Assembly: GCA_963848295.1 (NCBI GenBank)
Contig: CAWKDB010000010.1
Span: 960,001-1,024,000, forward strand
DNA from: an uncultured delta proteobacterium
GTDB lineage: Bacteria > Myxococcota_A > Polyangia > Haliangiales > Haliangiaceae
Direction: 5' to 3'
DNA length: 64,000 bases
Below the pieces are notes generated by a model. That model worked only from the letters and a program-made list of their open reading frames with translations. It made no database searches and had not been told where the DNA came from. Made by a program: the position numbers and the translations under genes. Positions within the stretch are counted from its first letter, which is position 1; each line of letters opens with the position of its first letter. Of this stretch, positions 25,686 to 38,038 are shown one piece after another.

Positions 25686-27212
25686 TCACAGCCCGTTGCA
25701 GCCGATCGCGCGGGTCGAGGTGCCGGTCATGCCAGAGAAGCCAGCCGAGATGCCTCCGGATCCGCCGAGCCCGGCGACGAGCGTCGACGCTGGGATCGTC
25801 ACGGTCGACGTTCCGAGGCAGACCACAGCCGCCGACGGTCCGCCCCCGCCCCCGCCGCCATGCCCACCCGTGCCGCCGTCGCCGCCGCGGCCACCCACCG
25901 CGCCGCAGCCGCCGTCGTCTTGATCGTCTCCACCGCCGTACGGCCCGCCGCCGCCGCCATTGCCGCCGAGCCCGCCCGCGCCGCCGGTGCCACCGCGACC
26001 GCCGCTGCCGCCTGCGTTCGCCACGACCATCGCCGACTCGAGCTCGTAGGTCGAATCGACCGCGACGACACCGAACAATCCGCCGCCGCCGGTGCCGCCC
26101 GTTCCGCCGGTGCCCGCGCAACCTCCCGCGCCACCGCCGCCGCCCGACGAGCCGGACGAGTCGCAGTTGTTCGTGCCGCCGCCACCGCCGCCGCCGCCGC
26201 CACCGCCGCTCCCCGCGCCGCCGGCGGTGCCCGCACCGCCATTAGCGGGGACATAGCTGCTGCCGGCGAACACGCCTTGCGCGGCGCCCGCCATGCCGAG
26301 CGTGCCGAGCGCGCCGGGAGCGCCCGGGTTGCCTGATCTGCCGTCGCCGATCACGGAGCCGACGTTCGTGCAGTTGCCGGCGCCGTGACCGCCGCCTTGA
26401 CCGCCGGTCCCGCCCCCTCCGCCGTTCGCGCCCCCGCCACCGGTCGCGCCCGCGCCATCACCGACGCCCGGGTTGCCGCCGGCGCCACCGCTTCCGCCGC
26501 ATGCCGCGAACCCGCCGGCGCCGCCGTTCGGCACCGTGTTGTCGTCGCAGAACAAGCTGCTCGAATGCTCGACGCCCGGTCCACCGGGCAACCCACTGTT
26601 GCCGCCGAGCCCGAGCGTGCCCGCGGTGCCGTCGATCCCGTTGCCGCCGACGCCGGGCATGATCGTCACGCCGTCGAGCACGACCGTCGTCGACTCGGTC
26701 AGCAACACCGCGATCGAGCTCGCGCCAATCGCGGTCGCGTCGGCGCTCTTGACCGTGACGCCGTCGAGCGCGGTCGCGACGTTGATCGTATCGAACGTCA
26801 CGGTCGGCGAACCACCGTCGAGCTCGGTGACTTGATTCGCCGGGTCGCGGTTCCACCGCGGATCGAACCCGCCGTAGACGCTGACGCCGCCCTGCATCGT
26901 GATCGATTCGGCGTACTGGCCGTACTGGACGAGCACGGGGAGCGGAGGGCTCGACAACCCAGCCTTCGCGATGCCCGCGCCGATCGTGTGCAGCGGTGCG
27001 TCCTTCGTGCCGGCCGACGCGTCGTCGCCGGTGACCGCGACGTAGATGCCGTCGCACGGCGCACCGCCGCAACCGGCGTCGGGCAAGACGCCGCTGCCGG
27101 CATCGATGTCGCTGCCGCTGCCGCTGCCGTCGGGCGCACCGGGCGCGCCTTTCGCGCAGCTCGCGATCGCGAGCGCACACAGCACGAACGCGCCGAACCG
27201 CGAGCCACCCAT
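25686..27212 (-). CDS. Gly-rich (PGRS-like) surface lipoprotein with DUF1565-like beta-helix N-domain
   Basis: Lipobox IASC; IYVAVTGDDASAGTKDAPLHTIGAGI; long GGxGG repeats. Confidence 0.8.
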   Translation of the reverse strand: MGGSRFGAFVLCALAIASCAKGAPGAPDGSGSGSDIDAGSGVLPDAGCGGAPCDGIYVAVTGDDASAGTKDAPLHTIGAGIAKAGLSSPPLPVLVQYGQYAESITMQGGVSVYGGFDPRWNRDPANQVTELDGGSPTVTFDTINVATALDGVTVKSADATAIGASSIAVLLTESTTVVLDGVTIMPGVGGNGIDGTAGTLGLGGNSGLPGGPGVEHSSSLFCDDNTVPNGGAGGFAACGGSGGAGGNPGVGDGAGATGGGGANGGGGGTGGQGGGHGAGNCTNVGSVIGDGRSGNPGAPGALGTLGMAGAAQGVFAGSSYVPANGGAGTAGGAGSGGGGGGGGGGGTNNCDSSGSSGGGGGAGGCAGTGGTGGTGGGGLFGVVAVDSTYELESAMVVANAGGSGGRGGTGGAGGLGGNGGGGGPYGGGDDQDDGGCGAVGGRGGDGGTGGHGGGGGGGPSAAVVCLGTSTVTIPASTLVAGLGGSGGISAGFSGMTGTSTRAIGCNGL

Positions 27213-27279
27213 GATGCAAAGCATAGCTGCGCCGCTCGGCTTCGCGTCGATCGATCTTTCGTCACAATCGTAACAACGC

Positions 27280-28161
27280 TCACCGCCGCGATGCGTCGAC
27301 CGTCGGCGGCTCGCCGCGCAGGCCCTGCAGGTACATAGCCTGTGACCCATACGACAAGAAGCGACCCTCGTCGTCCCACACCTCGGCCTCGGCGATCGCC
27401 CAGCCAGCCCGAGCGCGCCGGGTCGTGACCGCGACGAGCAGCCACTCGCGCGTCGTGTCGTCGACCGCGTAGAGGGTCAGGTCGAGGCTCGGCGCGGTGA
27501 ACCGGTAGCCGCTAGGGCCGATCGCGCGATGCAATGCGGTCGGCATCGTGTCGATCAGCGGCGGCAAGGCGAGCCGATCGAAGCGGCCATCGCCGTCGCG
27601 CTGCGGCGTCGTGTAGCGAAACCAGCGCGCGTAGCGAGCGGGTCCCGCGTCGAAGCCGTCGACCCAGTACCGATCGCCATCGGCGATCCGGCACTCGAGC
27701 TGTTGGTAGAACCGGAAGCGCGTGTGCGGGTTACTCGCGGTCGCGTCGTCCGCGGAAGGCGAGTCGGCGAGCGAGCGCACCGATGGCGGCATCGCGCCGA
27801 TCACATCGGGGCCCTTGCGATCGCGCACGAACGTCGCGAACAGCTCGAGCCCGCTCGTCGCCTTGGCGCCGCGCAGCGACACTCGCGTCTGCACGGTCGC
27901 GCCGCCGCGATGAAGCACCTGGACATCGGCGACGAGCGCCCCGGTGCCGATCGGAACGGGAAAGATCGTCGTCGCAGACGCGAGTCGAAACACGCGGTCG
28001 CCGACCGCCGCTTCGGCCGCGCGCAGCGCACACGTCATCACGACGCCGCCCGACGGCATCAAGTAGTCCCAGTGATCGGGGAGCTCGAGGTGATAACGCC
28101 CCGCCACGCTCGCGTCGGGGCGGACCGCGGTGTCGGCGGCGAGATCAGCAGGCGACGACAT
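27280..28161 (-). CDS. Acyl-CoA thioesterase (double hot-dog, TesB-like)
   Basis: W...SGGVVM, LIDTMP, PSLDLT, EVWDDEGRFLSYGSQ. Confidence 0.85.
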   Translation of the reverse strand: MSSPADLAADTAVRPDASVAGRYHLELPDHWDYLMPSGGVVMTCALRAAEAAVGDRVFRLASATTIFPVPIGTGALVADVQVLHRGGATVQTRVSLRGAKATSGLELFATFVRDRKGPDVIGAMPPSVRSLADSPSADDATASNPHTRFRFYQQLECRIADGDRYWVDGFDAGPARYARWFRYTTPQRDGDGRFDRLALPPLIDTMPTALHRAIGPSGYRFTAPSLDLTLYAVDDTTREWLLVAVTTRRARAGWAIAEAEVWDDEGRFLSYGSQAMYLQGLRGEPPTVDASRR

Positions 28162-28182
28162 GAGTCGCAGACTGTAACCCGA

Positions 28183-30624
28183 TCACGGCACCGCGATGCG
28201 CAGCGCCTTCGCGAGTCGCTCGAGATCGCTCGCGGCACGAGTCGCCGCCGCATCGCCCGCGGCGCCGAGCTCGCGCAACTCGGGCAGTCGCTCGAGCAGG
28301 CGCCAGGTCGCGTTCTGCGCGAACCACAAGTCGGCAGCGCTCTTCATCCGCGTCGCGACCTCGGCGGCGCGCGCGACCGTGTCGAGCGCTTCCGCGTCGA
28401 GACCGAGCGGGCTATGCGGCGCGTGGCCGACCTTTTCGATCAACCGGCGAAGTGAGTCGCTCGCCGCGAGCGCGATCTCTTGGGTGTCGAGGCTGACCTT
28501 GACCTCCGCAGCTTCGGCGAGCTGATGGCGCAGCAACTGGAAGCTCGCATCGTCGCTGCGCATGTTCGCGAGCACGCGCCGGATCAACGTGGCCTCGGCG
28601 ATCGTGTGCAGCACGTCGGGGACCGGGAGCTCGTGTGCGGCGAGCCAGCGGATCAGCGGTGCGTGATGATCGTAGGCATCCCCTAGGTGTTGCTCGGCGC
28701 CATGGATCGCGTCGCCGAGCACCGCTTCGAGCACCGCCTCGCGACTGCCGGGCAGCAGCGCGCCGAGTGACAGCTGGCGCCCCGGAAAATGCCGCTCGAT
28801 CGCGCGTTGCGCTGCGAACACGTCGCCGGTGCGGACCGCGGCCGTCAGCTCTTCGCCGATCTCGAGCCACTCGGCGGGCGCGGGCGGTGGCCTGACGCCA
28901 CCCGTGATGTGCTGATCGCCGAGATACAATCCGGCGAAGCACAGCGGGATCGTCGTCTCGGTCAGCTGAGACTGGACGCAGACGTTGCCCGCGACCATGC
29001 GCGCGCGACCGGAGCGGCGCTCGACGCGATCGACGATCTCGACCATGAAGCCGTGCACCGCGGTCGACGCGGCCGTCACGGGCTGCGACGCGACGAGCGC
29101 TTGCACCGCCACATGCGCGACGACCTTCTCGGCATCGATCCGCGCCGGCGCGACGCGACGCTGCCACACGGCGCGGCCATCGCCCTCTTCCGCGAGGTTC
29201 GAGCGCGCGGCGCTGAGCCGGTCGACGAGCTCGGGCAGCGTCGACTCGCCACCGATCGCCGTCAACAGATCGGCGACCCTCGCCGCATACTGCATGCATT
29301 GCACGGTCTCGATCCCTGAAAGATCGTCGAAGAACCAGCCGCAGCTCGTGTACATCAGCATCGCGTGACGCGCGAGCTCCATCAGCGACAGCGCGCGCAC
29401 GCGTTCGTCCGCGGCGAGCGGATGCGCTTCGTGCTCGGCCAGGAATCGATCGCGCGCCGCGGCGCTGCGCTCGAGCACGACCGCGATGTATGCGTCGCGC
29501 GCGGCCCACGGATCGTGAAACAGCAGGGTCCCGACGCTATCGAGCGCCGCCGCCGCTTGATCCCGCAGCCAATCGAAGGCGTCGCGCAGCGGCCGCCGCC
29601 ACTTCTGATTCCAGGTTGGCTGGCCACCGCTGTTGCAGCCGCAGTCTTCGCGCCAGCGCTCGACGCCGTGGGCGCAGCTCCAACTGGTGTTCTCCGCGAG
29701 CCGGACCTCGTACGTCGCGGGCACGCACGCGCGAAACTCCGCATAGTTCGTGAGCCGCGTGTTGTTCCAGCCGCCCTCGACCTGCGACAGCGCCCACGCG
29801 AGCGCCATGTCGCCATAGCGATGGTGGTGGCCGTAGGTCTCGCCATCGGTCGCGATGTGACACAGCGCCGGGCCTCCGCCCGCGATGTCGCCGCGCGCGG
29901 TCATCCGCGAGATGATCTGGTGACCGTCGGCGAGCAGCCGCTCGAACGCGACCGCCTGCGCCGTCGCGCCATCGTAGAAGAACAGATCGATCGACCGACC
30001 CGAGGGCAGCGCGCAGCGATACGCGCGTCCGGGATCGATCGGCTCGGTGCGCCAATCGCCGCCGGGCGCGCGCCACGCCTTCGCTTGATACGGCGCGAGC
30101 ACGGTGAACGCGATGCCCTCCGCGGCGAGTGCTTCGAGCGACGCGGTGTCGGCCGCGCACTCGGGCAGCCACATGCCCTCGGGCGCACGGCCAAAGCGGT
30201 GGCGAAAATCGGCGATCCCCCAGCGCACCTGGGTCGTGCGATCGCGGGGCGTCGCGAGCGGCATGATCATGTGGTTGTACGCTTGGGCCATCGCCGACCC
30301 GTGGCCGCCGAATCGTTCGCGACTCGCTCGGTCGGCAGCGATCAGCGCGTCGTGAACATCGTGCGCGTGCGCTTCGAGCCACGACATCAGGGTCGGGCCG
30401 ACGTTGAAGCTCATCCGCTGATAGTTGTCGACGATGTTGATGATCAGGCCCTGGCTGTCGACCACGCGCGCCGATGCGTTCGGGCGATAGCACTCGGCCG
30501 TGATCCGCTCGTTCCAATCGCGATACGGGCGCGCACTCGGTTGCGGCTCGATCAGCTCGAGCCACGGGTTCTCCCGGGGCGGCTGGTAGAAGTGCCCGTG
30601 GATGCAGACCCACTTCGCTGACAA
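28183..30624 (-). CDS. GH57 glycoside hydrolase with DUF3536
   Basis: HGHFYQPPRENPW, GMWLPE, ATDGETYGHH, SWSCAHGVERW, MYTSCGWFFDD. Confidence 0.9.
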   Translation of the reverse strand: MSAKWVCIHGHFYQPPRENPWLELIEPQPSARPYRDWNERITAECYRPNASARVVDSQGLIINIVDNYQRMSFNVGPTLMSWLEAHAHDVHDALIAADRASRERFGGHGSAMAQAYNHMIMPLATPRDRTTQVRWGIADFRHRFGRAPEGMWLPECAADTASLEALAAEGIAFTVLAPYQAKAWRAPGGDWRTEPIDPGRAYRCALPSGRSIDLFFYDGATAQAVAFERLLADGHQIISRMTARGDIAGGGPALCHIATDGETYGHHHRYGDMALAWALSQVEGGWNNTRLTNYAEFRACVPATYEVRLAENTSWSCAHGVERWREDCGCNSGGQPTWNQKWRRPLRDAFDWLRDQAAAALDSVGTLLFHDPWAARDAYIAVVLERSAAARDRFLAEHEAHPLAADERVRALSLMELARHAMLMYTSCGWFFDDLSGIETVQCMQYAARVADLLTAIGGESTLPELVDRLSAARSNLAEEGDGRAVWQRRVAPARIDAEKVVAHVAVQALVASQPVTAASTAVHGFMVEIVDRVERRSGRARMVAGNVCVQSQLTETTIPLCFAGLYLGDQHITGGVRPPPAPAEWLEIGEELTAAVRTGDVFAAQRAIERHFPGRQLSLGALLPGSREAVLEAVLGDAIHGAEQHLGDAYDHHAPLIRWLAAHELPVPDVLHTIAEATLIRRVLANMRSDDASFQLLRHQLAEAAEVKVSLDTQEIALAASDSLRRLIEKVGHAPHSPLGLDAEALDTVARAAEVATRMKSAADLWFAQNATWRLLERLPELRELGAAGDAAATRAASDLERLAKALRIAVP

Positions 30625-30636
30625 GGTCCGTGAACT

Positions 30637-32523
<1,887 letters not shown>

Positions 32524-32609
32524 GCGGCGAGAGGTAGCACGTTTCGCGTAGTTACGCGGCGACGCAGATCGCACGCAACCGCGGCGCGGCGCGGCCGATA
32601 CGACCGCCC

Positions 32610-34379
32610 ATGCCAATGAAGAACACGATGCGAAAGACCCTAGTCGCCGCCGCGATCGCGGCCATTCCTGCTTGTGCGAAGCAGGTCAAAGACATCGGGT
32701 GCTCGACCAGCGCCGAATGCGCCGCCGGGGACGCCTGCCAGCTCGATACCCAGGTCTGCGTCGCCGGTGCGATCACGATCGACCCTGGAGCATTCTACGA
32801 CGATGGTTCGCGCTGGTTGTCGGCGCAGAGCGGTCCGGCGATCACCGGGGCGATCGACGCGAGCGGTTCCCTCGTCGCGCTTGTCTCCGATCAGGTCGTC
32901 GCGACCGCCACGGTCGATGGTTCGGCTTGGTCGCTGACGCTTCCCGACGGCACGCTCGCCGCGGCGGACACCGCGGTGGTGTTCCGGCTCACCGGCGCGG
33001 ATGGCCACACGTACGAGCTGTCGCAGGCGTTCGCGTACGACGATTCGATGCCGTCGGTCCAGCTCTCGAGCGCGACGCTACACGACGAGCGCGGCGATCA
33101 GATCGATTTCTCGTCGGGGGTTCCGCAACACACGCACGCCGGCGCCGTCGTCTCGCTCGGTGGAACCACGATCTGCCCCGACGTCTACAAGTACGCGTAC
33201 CTGATGGACGAGAACGAGCCGATGTTCGGCGGCGAGACGTCGCGGAATCCGCTCGCGTTCACGTTCGATGTCCGGGAGCCCACGAAGCTCGACGCGGCGA
33301 GCTCGGCCTATCGCGTGCGCGCTGCCGATGGCACTCCGCTCCTCGACTGGACGACGTTGCCCGCCGCGGACGCGAACGGCGCCTATGACATCGCGCTGTA
33401 CCGCCACGGCGATACCTCGATCCCCGCGCTCGGAACCTACGAAGGCCAGTTGACCCTCGACGTGCGCGTCCGAGATTGGGCCGGCCGCGAGGCGGATCTC
33501 AGCACGTGCTGGGTTCATCACCCGCTCGCCGCGCCGCTGCAGGTCTCGCCGTCCGAGACCGGGTCGATCGCCAACCTCTCGCTGTCGCCTCACACCCCGC
33601 TCGCCGCGTTGTTCAACGCTTCCACCGCGAATCAGGCGCCGTCGCTGTTCGACGTCCCGATCGTCCAACAGACGAGTGAGCCGATCTTGCTGTCGCTGAC
33701 CGTCCCGGAACTGGCGGGGTCGTTCACCGAAACGACGGTCGCGACCTCGAAGGCGACCGCCACGAACGGACCGGAAGTGTCCTGCCCGGTGACGTGTCCG
33801 GGCGGCGTGAAGGTCAACTGTTACCTCTCACCGTCCGACGATCCGCGGTGCGCCGGCGCCGCGAATCCGAGCTCGACGACGACGCCGTACGCCGGTCCGA
33901 TCACCAGCTACGACGAGTACACCATGCTCGTCGACGACGTCACCGGCGACGCGATGCCTTTCTCCCACGCGCTCGACGGCTTCACGATCCCCGGCCGCAC
34001 CGCCGCCGATCCACCGCACGGCTATCATCTGGTGGAAGGCATCGCCGCGCTCGGCGGACTCGAACCGGTGCGCGCGGAGGACTACGCGATCGCGAGCATC
34101 AACTATACAGGTACCGCACCGACCGGCACTCCGACGTATCGCTGCGACGGACTCGTGATCACGCAGACCAGCTCGGGCTTCCTCGGCGCGTGCACGTCCT
34201 ACTCGACCTTTCAGGCGATCACGGCCGTGCAGACGCTGCAGGTCGCCTTCCAGCCGGTCGCGATCCAGTTCTCGACGGCTCCGACCGCAGCCAACACCGC
34301 GCTCCCGGTCCCCTACCTCCCGAGTGGCGTCTTGACCGCGACGGGCGTGGCGTGGAACGCGGGGAACGCCGGGCTGTAA
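32610..34379 (+). CDS. Hypothetical lipoprotein, Cys/Thr-rich and beta-rich
   Basis: LVAAAIAAIPAC lipobox; small Cys module CSTSAECAAGDACQLDTQVC; strong GC3 codon bias. Confidence 0.7.
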   Translation: MPMKNTMRKTLVAAAIAAIPACAKQVKDIGCSTSAECAAGDACQLDTQVCVAGAITIDPGAFYDDGSRWLSAQSGPAITGAIDASGSLVALVSDQVVATATVDGSAWSLTLPDGTLAAADTAVVFRLTGADGHTYELSQAFAYDDSMPSVQLSSATLHDERGDQIDFSSGVPQHTHAGAVVSLGGTTICPDVYKYAYLMDENEPMFGGETSRNPLAFTFDVREPTKLDAASSAYRVRAADGTPLLDWTTLPAADANGAYDIALYRHGDTSIPALGTYEGQLTLDVRVRDWAGREADLSTCWVHHPLAAPLQVSPSETGSIANLSLSPHTPLAALFNASTANQAPSLFDVPIVQQTSEPILLSLTVPELAGSFTETTVATSKATATNGPEVSCPVTCPGGVKVNCYLSPSDDPRCAGAANPSSTTTPYAGPITSYDEYTMLVDDVTGDAMPFSHALDGFTIPGRTAADPPHGYHLVEGIAALGGLEPVRAEDYAIASINYTGTAPTGTPTYRCDGLVITQTSSGFLGACTSYSTFQAITAVQTLQVAFQPVAIQFSTAPTAANTALPVPYLPSGVLTATGVAWNAGNAGL

Positions 34380-34393
34380 GCCGGCCGTCGGCT

Positions 34394-37390
34394 TCAGTCC
34401 CAACCGGGCTCGTCGATGCCGTCGCCGCCGGTCGCGCTGTCGCCCGCCATCTCCGACGATGACGGCGGAGACTTCGCGGCTTCATCGGCCTTCGCGGTCG
34501 GATCGGGCGCATCGAGGTCCCACGCGGTGTCGAGCTCGTCCATCGGCGGCAACGTCGACATCGACTTCGGGCGCGGCGGCTGGCTCGGTGGTGCGACGAC
34601 GACCGGTGCCGGCGGCGGCGGCAGCGGCTCGAACGGCAGCTTCGCGGGTGCGGTGATCGCATCGTGGACGAGCGTCGGGGTCTCGGTCTGCGGCGCGGCC
34701 GCGGCGACGACCGGTTGCTCGGCCGACCGGCGGTCGCGGCGACGCCTGCGGCCCTCGCCGCCTTCGTCGCGTTCGCGGCGCGGCTCGGACGCCGGCTGGT
34801 CGCGGCGCGAACCGACGGCTTCGATCACCTTGGCGCACGCAGCCTCGAACGCATCGAGCTGCGCCTGGTCGGTGTCGTCGAGCATGGGCCCGGCATCTGC
34901 GATCTGACCGCGCAGCTCGTCGATCACCTCGATGGGATCGCGACCCGACCACCGGAGCTCGCCGAACGCGTTCTTGCGCATCGCCTCGCGCAGCTTCGCG
35001 GCGACCTCGGCCGGATTGCCTTCGGTCGACACCGGCGCTTCGGCCTTCGGCATCAACGCGACCACCTTGGCGATCAGCTTGTCGCGGCGCGCGCGGATCG
35101 TGGTCGGATCGAGCTCGGTGCCCTTCACCGCTTCGGGGTTCGCGGCGATCACTTGCTTGGTCATCGCGACGACGCGCTCCGACAGCTCGTGGTTGCCGAG
35201 CTCCGCGACCTTGGCGCGCACGGCGAGCGCGGCCGCGATCACGTCGTCGCCACCGGCGAGCACGTCGGCGATCTCGCCTTTGATGTCGTCGATCACGGCG
35301 CGATGCGCGTCGGCTTCGGCGTCGCGGGCGCCATCGCGCTTCGCGAACAAAGCGTCGCACGCCGCGCGGAACGCCTTGTAGACCGCGTCGGCGTCGCGCC
35401 GCGGCACGTAGCCGACTTCTTTCCACTCGGCCTGGAGATCCTTGATCTGGCCGATCGCCTTGCCCCAACCACCGGGCCCGGGCGCGCCGTCGACGACTTG
35501 CTGCGCGCGCGTGATCAGCGCCTGCTTCTTCGCGAGATTGTCGGCTTCTTCGGAGTGGCGCGCGTCGAGCAGCGGTTTGCGTTGCTCGAAGAACTTGTCG
35601 CACGCGGCGCGGAACCGCTTCCACAGCTCGTCGCCCAGCTTGCGCGGGAGATGACCGGAGTCCTTCCACTTCGCTTGCAGCGCCTTGAGCTTGTCCGCGT
35701 TCGCGGGATCGAAGCTCGCCGCGATGCCTTCTGCCTCGGCGATCAGCGCCTCCTTGACCTTCGTGACCTCGTCGAACTTCTCGGCCTCGACCGCGCGGAC
35801 GCCGCGGACCTTCTCGTAGACCTGATCGCAGGTCGACTTGAACAGCTCCCACAGCTCTTTGCTGCGGCGCTGGGGCATCGCGCCGACTTCTTTCCACAGC
35901 GCCTGGAGCTGGCGCAGCCGATCGCCGAGATCCGGCGTCGCCGGCGCCTCGGCCATCGCCTTCGCGGTCGCGATCAGCGCTTCGGCCTTCGGTACGTTCG
36001 CCCACCGCTCCCAGTCCTCGGCTTCGCGCAGCTCGCTGATCCGGATGACGAGCTTTCCGCGCACGGCCTGATAGCGATCCGCGATCGCATCGCGCTCGGT
36101 CGACGCGACCTTGCCGATCTGATCGAACGCCCTCCCCGCTTGTTGCAGCAGGCGATCGATCGCCTTGCCGTCTTTACCGCCCGCGGCGGCGAGCGCCTCC
36201 ATGTCGTCGCACAGCGCTCGGAGGCTCGCGGCGATCGCGACCGCGCGCTCGGCGTCGTCTTTCTTGCGCGCTTCGCGCTCGGCGGCCTCGGCGGTGCGCC
36301 GGGTCTCGTCTTCGACCCGTTTGCGCTCGCGCTCCTCCGCGCGCAGCTTCGCCTCGGCCTCTCGCGCTTCGCGAGCCGCGTCGGTCTCGGCCACGGGCGT
36401 GACGACCGGCGCCGGTGTCGCCGCGGCGCGCTCGGCGGCCGCGCGATCCTTCTCGGCTTTCGCTTCGCGCTCGACGACCCGAAGCTCGTCCGCGGTGCGC
36501 GCCTGCTGGTCATGCAGCTGCTTGCGCTTCCAGAACCGCTCGACCGCTTTGCCGAACCGGTCGTCGCCGTCTTCGCCCCCACCACCGACCTCGGCCCACG
36601 CCGCCTCGGCGGCCTTGACGCTCGGGGCGAGCTTGTCGAAGTCGAACGCGTCGGCGACCGCCTCGACCTGGCGAATCAGCTGCGCCTTCTCCGCGCGCCG
36701 GCGCTTCACCTCGTCGGGCACGCCCGGCGTGCGCTTGCGCTCGGCCTCGTTGATCTCGGTCGCGATCTTGCGCGCGCGTTGCCGCACCGCTTTGTTCTTC
36801 GCCTTTTGCGCGACGTTCTCGAGCCGCTCCGCATCGTCGAGCTTGTCGACGGCGGCGAGCCCGACCTCTTTGAGCGTCGTGTCGATCGCGAGCGCGCGCA
36901 GCACGTCGCCATCGTCGATCCGGCCGACCGCGGCGAGCCGAATTTCGTGCGGCGCTTCACTCTTGGCGAGGTCGGCGAGCGCGCGCGGATCGCGGACTTC
37001 GCCGAACGCGCGCTTGCGCAACGCCGGCAGGCTCGCGTCGACGACGACCTCGACGAGCGCTTGCTGGTCGCCGAGCTTCATGATCCCGGCAAGCGCAGCG
37101 CTCGCATCGTCGGCGTCATCGCCACAGGCGATTTGCGCCCACAATTCAGCCGCGCGCTCGCCCGCATAGTCGCGCAGGCTGCGTTCGCTCTCGGCCGCGG
37201 CGATGTCCGCGAGCACCTCGGCTTCTTCGATCTTCGCGATCGCGAGTCGGCGCACGCCGATATCGCGGTCGGTTCGAGCTACTTGGGTGAGAACGGCAGC
37301 GTCATCCGCAGTCATAGCCCTGACGGCTTCGGTGCGAACGCGGACGTCGCTGTGGCGGTACTTCGGGCGGAAGAGATCAGTGATCCCCAT
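34394..37390 (-). CDS. DUF349 repeat protein
   Basis: Repeated LQxxWKxxGxxPR...ELWxxFxxxCDxFF units; N-terminal FRPKYRHSDVRVR with helical repeats. Confidence 0.88.
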   Translation of the reverse strand: MGITDLFRPKYRHSDVRVRTEAVRAMTADDAAVLTQVARTDRDIGVRRLAIAKIEEAEVLADIAAAESERSLRDYAGERAAELWAQIACGDDADDASAALAGIMKLGDQQALVEVVVDASLPALRKRAFGEVRDPRALADLAKSEAPHEIRLAAVGRIDDGDVLRALAIDTTLKEVGLAAVDKLDDAERLENVAQKAKNKAVRQRARKIATEINEAERKRTPGVPDEVKRRRAEKAQLIRQVEAVADAFDFDKLAPSVKAAEAAWAEVGGGGEDGDDRFGKAVERFWKRKQLHDQQARTADELRVVEREAKAEKDRAAAERAAATPAPVVTPVAETDAAREAREAEAKLRAEERERKRVEDETRRTAEAAEREARKKDDAERAVAIAASLRALCDDMEALAAAGGKDGKAIDRLLQQAGRAFDQIGKVASTERDAIADRYQAVRGKLVIRISELREAEDWERWANVPKAEALIATAKAMAEAPATPDLGDRLRQLQALWKEVGAMPQRRSKELWELFKSTCDQVYEKVRGVRAVEAEKFDEVTKVKEALIAEAEGIAASFDPANADKLKALQAKWKDSGHLPRKLGDELWKRFRAACDKFFEQRKPLLDARHSEEADNLAKKQALITRAQQVVDGAPGPGGWGKAIGQIKDLQAEWKEVGYVPRRDADAVYKAFRAACDALFAKRDGARDAEADAHRAVIDDIKGEIADVLAGGDDVIAAALAVRAKVAELGNHELSERVVAMTKQVIAANPEAVKGTELDPTTIRARRDKLIAKVVALMPKAEAPVSTEGNPAEVAAKLREAMRKNAFGELRWSGRDPIEVIDELRGQIADAGPMLDDTDQAQLDAFEAACAKVIEAVGSRRDQPASEPRRERDEGGEGRRRRRDRRSAEQPVVAAAAPQTETPTLVHDAITAPAKLPFEPLPPPPAPVVVAPPSQPPRPKSMSTLPPMDELDTAWDLDAPDPTAKADEAAKSPPSSSEMAGDSATGGDGIDEPGWD

Positions 37391-37450
37391 AGAGGGGTCG
37401 GAATCTATGCGCAAGATCTCGTCGGGACAAGCGAAACCGAGGGCGGGTTG

Positions 37451-38029
37451 CTATTCGTCCTCGTCGTCGCCGAACAGCACGCCGAGCCGCAGCTCGATCG
37501 CATCGAACGGCTCGGCGCGGACCCGGTCGTTGCGCTCGGCGATCAGCACCTCGACGTAGCCGTCGGCATGCCAGCGGTAGACCGCGAGCGTCTCCTCGAT
37601 CGGATCGATGATCCAGTAGTGGGCGACGCCGGCACGATGATACGCGCGCTTCTTGAGGATGAGGTCGTTGCGCTTGTTCGTGGACAGGATCTCGCACACT
37701 CAATCGGGCCGGACCGTGGTCGGGAGCTCGGCGGGGAGCGCCGGCAGTCGGTCGCGCCGCCAGCCGAGGACGTCCGGCCGTAGGATCTGAGTCTCCTCGA
37801 ACAGGACTTCAACCTCGACCGCGAACCACCAGCCTCCCGGCCAACGCCCCCCTGATCGTCGGTCGTAGGGGCCGAGCGTACGACCCAACCGGAGCTGTGC
37901 GTGGCCATGGCGTCCGCTCGCCGCCTCTTTCTCGACCAGCACGCCGTCGATGATCTCGTGCCGGCGATCCTCCTCCGGGATCGCGAGCAGGTCCGCCAGC
38001 GTCGCCTTGGCCTTCGCGGGTTCGGTCAC
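37451..38029 (-). pseudogene. Uma2-family restriction-endonuclease-fold protein with an in-frame TGA
   Basis: RHEIIDGVL, RPDVLGWRR, RPD*VCEILS, KRAYHRAGVAHYWIIDP. ORFs 37700..38029 and 37451..37699 are in frame; TGA at 37700-37702. Confidence 0.85.
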
Positions 38030-38038
38030 GTCACCATT

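Noticed and set aside
25800..26660. GCC/CCG-rich low-complexity tract as a DNA repeat element
   Set aside because: Explained by Gly-rich GGxGG coding on the minus strand.
37700..37702. Selenocysteine or genome-wide TGA=Trp recoding
   Set aside because: The position is Trp, not Cys, in the family, and TGA is a normal stop in many genes here.
34664..37783. Very long antisense/alternate-frame ORFs (e.g. 34664..37783 +, 7654..10638 +, 1017..3230 +, 23233..25923 +)
   Set aside because: Shadows of real genes in GC-rich DNA; Arg/Ala-rich with no motifs, lying opposite well-supported CDSs.
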